Shown piece by piece: positions 56,230 to 64,000 of a DNA stretch of 64,000 nt. Source of the stretch: Octopus vulgaris (taxonomy: Eukaryota); the NCBI GenBank assembly GCA_951406725.2, contig OX597817.1:101060001-101124000 (forward strand). Reading direction: 5' to 3'. The position numbers were made by a program, and so were the translations under genes. Each line of letters starts with the position of its first letter. Within the stretch, counting starts at the first letter, position 1. The notes below the pieces were generated by a model. The model ran no database searches, was not told the DNA's origin, and was given only the letters and a program-made list of their open reading frames with translations.

Positions 56230-57770
56230 TATACATACCTATGTACGACAGGCTTCTTTCAGTTTCCGTCTCACAGGGCTTTGGTCGGCCCGAGGCTATA
56301 GTAGAAGGCACTTGCCCAAGGTGCCACGCAGTGGGAATGAACCCAGAACCATGTGGTTGGTAAGCTAGCTACTTATTTCATTATATTGGCTATAAAAGCC
56401 GTACACAGATTAGGTAGCTACGGGCTGGACAAAGACATTAATGTGATGAGGATGATAACGATAAAAATGAATAAAAATGGGAGGGGCACCGATGCCCGCC
56501 GACCGATAACCCCTAATTCAATTTAAAATCAAAGATTCAAAAGATAAAAGTTCAATTTTCATTAATCTTCCTCATCCGGGCCTCCAAGTAAGTTTCCTGC
56601 TACCTGCAGGAAAGCCTGCTTTGGCAGTCCCGGAAAGAGGAAAACAAAATCTTCCCTATTACAGGTCTCCCAGACCTCACGCATTTCTTTCTGACTGACG
56701 AGCTCTGCAGCCACCTGCGGAGGCCAACTTAGACAGTCTATACAGACCGAGTCATATCGTTTTCGGTCTAGAAGACTGTCCATGCACATCTCAACAGGCC
56801 CTCACCTGAGGTAGAAAATGAAAAGTTCCACCTCTTCCTCACGAGGAAGGGCCTCAACCTGCAATGGGAGAGCGGAGGTCACCTTCACCTTTCCCTGCTC
56901 CGGTACCTTACCACGGCCCTGGGGGAAGTCCTTCTTGATGTGTCCTGACTCAAGGTACGAGTGACCCTCAAGTATCACTGGATACCTTGATCCAGCCATT
57001 CTTAAAAGGTCCGGAAAGGTCATTTCACCTGCGGCCACTGGGGTCCACAGTGTCAAAGTCGCCTTTGCACACTCCCAGTCGACTGCACTACTTGGGTGAT
57101 ACAATCTCCCACTCCAAAGCAGTGGTCTTATTTTTTATCATTTGTCGATAAAACACCGTTCAAAAAAGGAAAAAAGTTACTCAACCAAAAACAAAAAGTC
57201 TTTGAACACAATAAAAACACAGTTCAACTAAAATTGGAAGATATAAAATACTAGTCCAAATAAATTGTTCAGCAAAAGGAAAGAGAAGACAGCAGTTCAG
57301 AAAAATAAATAAATATTGTACAATTCCTCACGGCAGAAAATACAATTTTCGGGTTACACGGTACTCTCAGCTCACTTGAAGCCTTCAAATCCCTTGATAA
57401 TCCTCCTGATAAAGTACTCTCAACGTTTCCGGGTTCAAAACCACGCACAGCTTGCAAGCACAATTTTTTTTCCAAAATAACTGTAGTGAAAATATTCACT
57501 TTGAAGTTCTTCACTTGCTTGTTAACAAGCACAATCACAACACCGCCAAGAGTAAGCGAAAATGCCCCAGAGCTGGGCAGAATATCATGTAATAAAAATA
57601 AAACACAATAATTCTACCCAGCTCAGAAAAAACAAAATCGCTTACCTTGACGGTAACCCTTTTTTCAAAGACGGAGCTATACAGCTACACGTCTTTCCTT
57701 GTTCAATTGAAGCAAACCAAATACCAACAAACACTTGGTAAGCGAGCTACTTACCAACCAGCCACTCCTG
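55935..57770 (-). mobile_element. SINE family 2 copy whose head is split by a 1.36-kb insertion
   Basis: Body at 55935-56375, remainder of the head (..CTACTTACCAACCAGCCACTCCTG) at 57735-57770. Confidence 0.85.
56376..57734 (-). mobile_element. Non-autonomous retroelement with decayed gag/ORF1-like zinc-knuckle remnant and a 19-bp TSD
   Basis: TTGGTAAGC(T/G)AGCTACTTA at 56357-56375 and 57735-57753; minus ORF ..GHSYLESGHIKKDFP resembles a decayed CX2CX4HX4C. Confidence 0.7.
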
Positions 57771-58364
57771 ACATATATATATTTATATTTATATTTATAT
57801 ATATTTGCATATGCATGTATAAGTATGTTAAATTTATCGTGTATGATTGTATGAGCTAATTGTAGTAAAAGCTTACATCAGTAAAAACAATTTGCAAGTA
57901 TTTTAATTTAAAATTTTAATTATAGATTGTAATCGGTAATTTAATTAGTGATATCTACTTATATTTATTTAATTGATCATTAGACTGGCTGATTTACAGA
58001 TTGTTTAGCCAATTAGTTGGAAAATTAGCTGTTTATTGGACTAGCCAGCACACTGTTTATGTGCACTGGATGACAAACCAGCAGTCCTTAATTTTGGCCA
58101 CTTAACCTAGTTATTACCTCCCCTTAACTATGAATATTTCCCTAATTTTGCTATGTTATAAATTCGTTCCAATGTTTTTACTAATTCCTATTAATAACTT
58201 TTGGACCATTTTCAACCCCAACCGTCATACCTCCTAAATGTCCGAATAGGTTCCTCTCTTAATATTTATGCCATATTATCATCATCATCATCATCATCAT
58301 CATCATCGTCGTCGTCGTTGTTGTTGTTGTTGTTGTTGCTGTTGTTGTTGTTGCTGTTGTTATT

Positions 58365-59021
58365 GCTTTTGCACAGCTTCTAACGCTGGGGATGTACTAC
58401 AGTGTCAGCTGTTCACTACCATTGAACTAAGGTAACATCTCTTATTTTTCGAGCACCTTCCGGAGTATTCGAGCGGTTCCAAGCATTGCTGTTTTCTGCA
58501 AGTGCTCCACCCTTATTGCAGTCCCTATTTGTTCCACGTACTTCTCGAGTTTTGCTCACTGTTCCCAGGGCTCCGATAATTATTTGTACTACTGCTACCT
58601 TTTTCATCGACCACAACTGCTTAACTTCCCAAGCTAACCTGTCGTATCTCTCGACTTTTCTTTCTTCCTTATCGCATACCTTGTTGTCAGCTAGGCATGC
58701 TATATCTATGATCCAGCATCGTTTGTTTTCTTTCTCAATTAAGACTATGTCCGGCTTCCTAATCTCTATCTTATCGTCGCGCTGAATCATAAAATCCCAT
58801 AGGATCTTTGCATTTCTATTTTTGACGATGCCTTCAGGTTTGTAGTCGTACCAATTTTTTTGCTCTGTCAAGTCCATACTTGTTGCAAAGTCGTATACTG
58901 TCGTGACGTCTCTTATAGTCTTCATGGGCTAGTGGCGTACATTGGCTGGTAATATGCCATACGGTTTCACCGTTTTGTCCACAGATTCTGCACTTATCAC
59001 TTTCTGCCGTTTTGTCAATTC

Positions 59022-59025
<4 letters not shown>
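58365..59025 (-). pseudogene. 3' fragment of a second R4/Dong-like LINE (CCHC plus restriction-like endonuclease)
   Basis: CRICGQNGETVWHITSQC..YKRRHD, ILWDFMIQ.D..IEIRKPDIV..IIDIAC..KEERKVERY; flanked by (AAT)n and (AAC)n. Confidence 0.85.
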
Positions 59026-59055
<30 letters not shown>

Positions 59056-59343
59056 CATTATTAAATCAAAGATTTATTGTTCTAAGCGTTTTAGGTCCCA
59101 TTACAACATACACCGTTTTCCCAATCATTCATTCATTTATTTATCTTACCCCGTATAACGACACAGCCGTTAGATAGGGTGCAGTCTATTTGTCTTGAAT
59201 TCATAAATAATAATTGATGTATGCCAATTGTTGTTCATCGATATTTCTCCATTTCCTGCCTTCTTTATATATATACATATACATATATACATATGCATAT
59301 ATACATATATATGCATATATACATATATACATATGCATATATA

Positions 59344-59419
<76 letters not shown>

Positions 59420-59421
<2 letters not shown>

Positions 59422-59643
59422 TTAATAAGGGTTCAGCAAAAATTTGCTTTACAACATACCGAAGTTTAGAAATAGTAGCCAAAAAATCTTAGCTATTTCT
59501 TCTACTTTAAAAAGGGACTCCTAGAGAAACCAAAATACTTGAAAATAATTTTTAAAGTAGAAGAAATAGCTAAGATTGTTTGGTTGCTATTTTTAAACTT
59601 CGGTATGTTGTAAAGCAAATCTTTGCTGAACCCTTATTAATAA
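59420..59643. repeat. Fold-back with ~93-bp arms next to (TA)n
   Basis: TTATTAATAAGGGTTCAGCAAA..CTTCTACTTTAAAA mirrored at 59550-59643. Confidence 0.9.
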
Positions 59644-59905
59644 GTATTACTTAAGTTTACCGTGAAATGGTCCTATTTTCATACCGAATTCTACTTGGTG
59701 AAATTATTGATTATTTCTTAATTAATTAATTTTACCCTTTGTTATTAATGATTATATATATATAAATATATATATAATTTATATATAGAGGGCATTATTA
59801 TACATACATGCCACACGCTAAGAGGGACAAAATTAGTCATTTCTACCAAAGATTTTACTAATCCCACCGAATGCAATTTTTCAAAGTAAGACATTTAAAA
59901 ATATG

Positions 59906-59952
59906 GACTTGTATCACCTGTGATTTCATACCTCTGTATTCATCAGCAAGTC
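59906..59952 (-). ncRNA. Canonical type I hammerhead (inverted copy)
   Basis: Reverse complement of 60546-60592. Confidence 0.88.
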
Positions 59953-60545
59953 TGGACGTATCATAAATAAACGAACCCAACTCGTTTAAGCCGAGCAACT
60001 ATCTGGTCAACTTCAACGAAGCACATGGGTGGGTTTACATATATTACATCCGGTAAATGGCAGACTTTTACGAATTGCATTTCGGGAAAGGAAAAGTTTT
60101 TTCGGAATAAAAATTTAGCAATTAAGGACAACTTCTTAATAAGGAAAACTTAACATTTTTAAATGTCTTACTTTGAAAAATTGCATTCGGTGGGATTAGT
60201 AAAATTTTTGGTAGAAATGACTAATTTTGTCCCTCTTAGCGTGTGGCATGTATGTATAATAATGCCCTCTATATATAAATTAATATGTTCAATAAGAAAT
60301 AATTATTTTCGAAATTTTTTCTTTTATGAGGTTTTCACGCTATCTACCCGATAATTTCTTGTTAAGTTTTCCTTAATTGCTAAATTTTTATTCCGAAAAA
60401 ACTTTTCCTTTCCCGAAATGCAATTCGTAAAAGTCTGCCATTTACCGGATGTAATATATGTAAACCCACCCATGTGCTTCGTTGAAGTTGACCAGATAGT
60501 TGCTCGGCTTAAACGAGTTGGGTTCGTTTATTTATGATACGTCCA

Positions 60546-60592
60546 GACTTGCTGATGAATACAGAGGTATGAAATCACAGGTGATACAAGTC
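60546..60592 (+). ncRNA. Canonical type I hammerhead ribozyme
   Basis: GACTTG-CTGATGA-ATAC-agag-GTAT-GAAA-TCAC-ag-GTGA-TA^CAAGTC; all three stems pair; AUA cleavage triplet. Confidence 0.9.
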
Positions 60593-60849
60593 CATATTTT
60601 TAAATGTCTTACTTTGAAAAATTGCATTCGGTGGGATTAGTAAAATCTTTGGTAGAAATGACTAATTTTGTCCCTCTTAGCGTGTGGCATGTATGTATAA
60701 TAATGCCCTCTATATATAAATTAATATGTTCAATAAGAAAGAATTATTTTCGAAATTTTTTCTTTTATGAGGTTTTCACGCTATCTACCCGATAATTTCT
60801 TGTTAAGTTTTCCTTATTAAGAAGTTGTCCTTAATTGCTAAATAAATAA

Positions 60850-60879
<30 letters not shown>

Positions 60880-60884
<5 letters not shown>

Positions 60885-61243
60885 TTACTCTTTACTCTTT
60901 TACTCGTTTCAGTCATTTGACTGCGGCCATGCTGGAGCACCACCTTTTAGTACTTATTCTATCGGTCTCTTTTTGCCGAACCGCTAAGTGACGGGGACGT
61001 AAACACACCAGCATCGGTTATCAAGCAATGCTAGAGGGATAAACACACACACACACACATACACACATATATATATACATATATACGACGGGCTTCTTTC
61101 AGTTTCCGTCTACCAAATCCACTCACAAGGCATTGGTCGGCCCGGGGCTATAGCAGAAGACACTTGCCCAAGATGCCACGCAGTGGGACTGAACCCGCAA
61201 CTGTGTGGTTGGTTAGCAAGCTACTTACCACACAGCCACTCCT
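60880..61243 (-). mobile_element. SINE family 2 copy
   Basis: Ends ..CTACTTACCACACAGCCACTCC; similar to 55935-56375. Confidence 0.88.
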
Positions 61244-61261
61244 ATATATATATAAATATAT

Positions 61262-62294
61262 ATAACGGGAAGCTTTATGAAAATAAACAAAAGACGCTCA
61301 GGAATATAAATAAAACAAGTCATTTACGTTTCGAACCTACGCTCTTCAACAGAAAGATACACAGAAAAGAAACACGGAGAGAAACAAGGAGAGAAAAAAA
61401 ATGCGTGCAGAAGCTAGCGAATCAACATGGCAATCTGATTCCGGCCAGAAGTCAAAGATCAAACGTGAGGCGCAAGAGCGAAAATAGGGGAGATAACAGG
61501 GTCAAATGACCACGCCCCAACATAAGGGTGTGTGTGTGTTTGAGAGAGTATGTAGTGCGTATGAGAGGTCTGGACGTGTGTATGTATGTATGATGTGATG
61601 TGTAATGTCGTATGGTGTAGTGTAGAGAGAGGAGATGAGGGCGATAGGGGAGGAGATGAGGGCGATAGGGGAGGAGAGCGGGAGGGGGAGGTAAGGGGGA
61701 GAGAGAGTAGAGGAGAGATGAGGGGGAGAGAGGGGGAGGGAGAGAGTGTGAGAGAGGAAGGAAGGAAGGAGGAAGAGAGGAAGAGGAGGAAAGGGAAGGG
61801 GGAGGGGAAGAGGAGGGGAAAAGGAAAGAGGAGAAGAGGAGGGAGAAGGGGGAAAGATGAGTGAGGAGGGGGAGAGGGGGAGAAGGGGTGAGGGTGAGAT
61901 TAGATGAGGGTGGAGGGGGAGATTAGATGAGGAAGGAGGGGGAGATTAGATGAGGGTGGAGGGGGAGATTAGATGAGGGTGAGGGTGAGGGGGGATAATG
62001 AAAGAGGAGGGAGGAGGAGGGAGAGAAGGGGGAGAAGGAAGGAGAGGAGAAGAGGAGGGGAGAGGAAGAGGGAGGATAGAGAGGGGGAGAGAGAAGTGGA
62101 GTGAGGGAGCAGAGAGAAAGAGGGAAGGGGAAGAGGGAAGAAGAAAGAGGGAAGAAGGGAAGAGGAGGGAAAGAGAGTAGGGGTGAAAGGTTGAAGGACT
62201 GAAGAGAAGTAGGGGTCGGGGGGGGGGGAGGTTAGATGAAGAGGGGGGAGAGTTGAGACCAAATGGCGTAAAATAGCGAAGAGAGAAGATTAAT
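61262..62294 (-). mobile_element. 3' fragment of the C-rich PLE family (relative of 51355-53898)
   Basis: Minus strand LIFSLRYFTPFGL matches LIFSLRSFTPFGL; same polypyrimidine UTR and terminus ..TTCCCGTTATA. Confidence 0.88.
61320..61357 (-). ncRNA. Minimal hammerhead, A6U variant
   Basis: Minus strand: TCTTT-CTGTTGA-A-GAGC-GTAG-GTTC-GAAAC-GTA-AATGA. Confidence 0.65.
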
Positions 62295-62334
62295 TCATAT
62301 ATAAGGTGACACCAATTGTTTGCTGAACTTACGT

Positions 62335-63352
62335 GGACGGCTGATGAAGGGGATTTTTCCTTGTGTAGTTGTCTTGTACTCTGTTTTTTCGTTGTTAAAG
62401 GAATGGTCCGTTCCATGCTGTTTTTACGTTTTCGTTTCTCGTTGAGTTCTACGTCTATTTGTGGTGTCCTGTACACACGTATATATATTTATATATGCAT
62501 GTATATATACATGTAGATGTAGGTACGTACATATATGTTTGTATGTATGCATATATTTTATTTATTACACTATTGTATGACTGAGCGCCTTCGCGTCGAT
62601 TCGATTCGTTTGATTTCGTTTCGTTTCTTCTTCTCTAAGCTGGTTTTATATATAATTGTGAAGCGAAATTCCATAACTCCTTCTTCTCTCTTTCTTTCAC
62701 CCTCTTTTGCTTCCTTCCTCTCTATCTCTACCTCTCTATCTCTCTCTCTCTCTCGCACTCCTTCTCATCTCTCTCACAGCCGGGTCTACGAACTTCCTTT
62801 CGCCGGCGGCCTTATTCAAGTAAACATGTTTCTTCCTGCGCTCGTGAAAAAATTTTTTTCCTCGTCTAGGCTTATAGGTTCTCTTTATTTGTTTTCCTGT
62901 CCTGTTTCTATTCCTTCTTGTACTCTATTTCTTGTAATTGTATTTTTATTTTGTATTTGTTTTTAATTGTATTGTTTTTACGTCCTGTTTTTGTCACTTT
63001 TTTCCCTTGTTTTTACCCCTCTGCAAAGGAATTTTATTTAATTCTTTCGCAGGAAGGACTAGTTCGACGAGACGTGTTCTGTCCTCACCTTCGAAACACG
63101 CTGGAGTTGAACTAGGGACGGCTGATGAAGGGGATTTTTCCTTGTGTAGTTGTCTTGTACTCTGTTTTTTCGTTGTTAAAGGAATGGTCCATTCCATGCT
63201 GTTTTTACGTTTTCGTTTCTCGTTGAGTTCTACGTCTATTTGTGGTGTCCTGTACACACGTATATATATTTATATATGGATGTATATATACATGTAGATG
63301 TAGGTACGTACATATATGTTTGTATGTATGCATATATTTTATTTATTACACT
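62335..63352 (+). mobile_element. Non-coding element with ~237-bp direct terminal repeats (monomer 781 bp), carrying the rearranged hammerhead
   Basis: 62335-62572 repeated at 63116-63353; CTGATGA at 62341 and 63122; 3' end in (TA)n. Confidence 0.85.
63059..63134 (+). ncRNA. Rearranged (non-circularly permuted) hammerhead-like RNA, copy B
   Basis: CTAGTTCGAC..CGTG-UU (63073-78), CTGTC, CTCACCTT-C, GAAA (63093-96), CACG, GTTGAACTAG, GACGG, CTGATGA (63122-28), AGGGGA. Confidence 0.68.
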
Positions 63353-63569
63353 ATATATATATATATATATATATATAAGTTCAGCAAACAATTTAGATTC
63401 AAATGAATATGGTACTTAATTTAGACGCATCAGAATTTTTTTATGGTGTTACCCATAAAAATATGCGGAGTGATTATAATCAAAAAATAAGCTACAAGAA
63501 TGAATCCGGTAATTTAGTACAATTGTTTCATACTACAACATTTTATTAAAAGCTGTAAATATTACAGCA

Positions 63570-64000
63570 GATTTAATAGTGATATATTTAACTCTCACTC
63601 TAACCATTACAATACCGCATTATCCAAAGCGGGATATGATCAAGAAATTACCTTTCTCGATAAAGATAGCTTGTATCTTCCGAACAATGAAACGAATATA
63701 AATAACGTAAACAATAATAGATATCATACCCTACATAAAAATAGATTTATGGTGAGGAAAAATCTAGTGTATAAACCAAATTATATGAATAAAAATATTG
63801 ACCAGATCGTAAGTAAATTTGAAAAAAACCAATCTAGATAAATCTAATAAACATATAAATAGAAGTAAAACGAATAATAATTCTCGTGCGAATGGTAATA
63901 ATACATCTCACTCCAACTCATACTTAAACAAAAAATATAAAAGAGAAAATATCATTTGGCTAAACATTCCCTTTAATTGTGCGATCTTGTCGAATGTGTA
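63570..64000 (+). pseudogene. Decayed fragment of another PLE ORF (post-RT region), runs off the window
   Basis: Manual translation IFN...HYNTALSKAGY and KRENIIWLNIPFN, which resemble motifs I recall between RT and GIY-YIG in some PLE clades; contains a stop. Confidence 0.5.

Larger units (their letters stand above)
59775..60843 (+). mobile_element. Retrozyme-like non-coding element: ~458-bp monomer, ~1.5 tandem copies plus an inverted copy
   Basis: 60157-60372 repeats at 60598-60813 (period 441, plus a 17-nt deletion); 59775-60155 is the reverse complement; bounded by TA runs. Confidence 0.85.

Noticed and set aside
62335-62420. CTGATGAAGGGG read as a conventional type I hammerhead
   Set aside because: No complementary stem II strand plus GAAA follows it; it is only the 3' half of the rearranged motif, duplicated in the direct repeat.

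Overview
AT-rich, microsatellite-dense eukaryotic (metazoan) DNA. The SINE families resemble those I associate with octopus/cephalopod genomes; that assignment is inference. No intact host gene is evident, only one possible isolated exon, and most entries in the ORF track are microsatellite artefacts. The window is a transposable-element mosaic: a Tc1 (DD34E) element, at least three Helitrons, tRNA-derived SINEs, R4/Dong-like LINE pieces sitting in (AAT)n, a decayed Gypsy pol fragment, and a dense nest of Penelope-like elements (PLEs) with small non-coding PLE/retrozyme-like elements, nearly all inserted at (TA)n. By eye I count about 16 hammerhead-ribozyme (HHR)-like motifs from about 10 families, many with core variants. 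Three observations stand out. (1) Two divergent, covarying copies (470-548 and 63059-63134) of a hammerhead whose strands are in a non-circularly permuted order, carried by a ~781-bp non-coding direct-repeat element. (2) A nearly intact two-ORF PLE whose only frame change falls on an in-phase U_UUU_UUA slippery heptamer, a candidate programmed -1 frameshift. (3) A recurrent inverted duplication of flanking DNA across (TA)n at the 5' junctions of one PLE family. All RNA structures were paired by eye and none has been tested.
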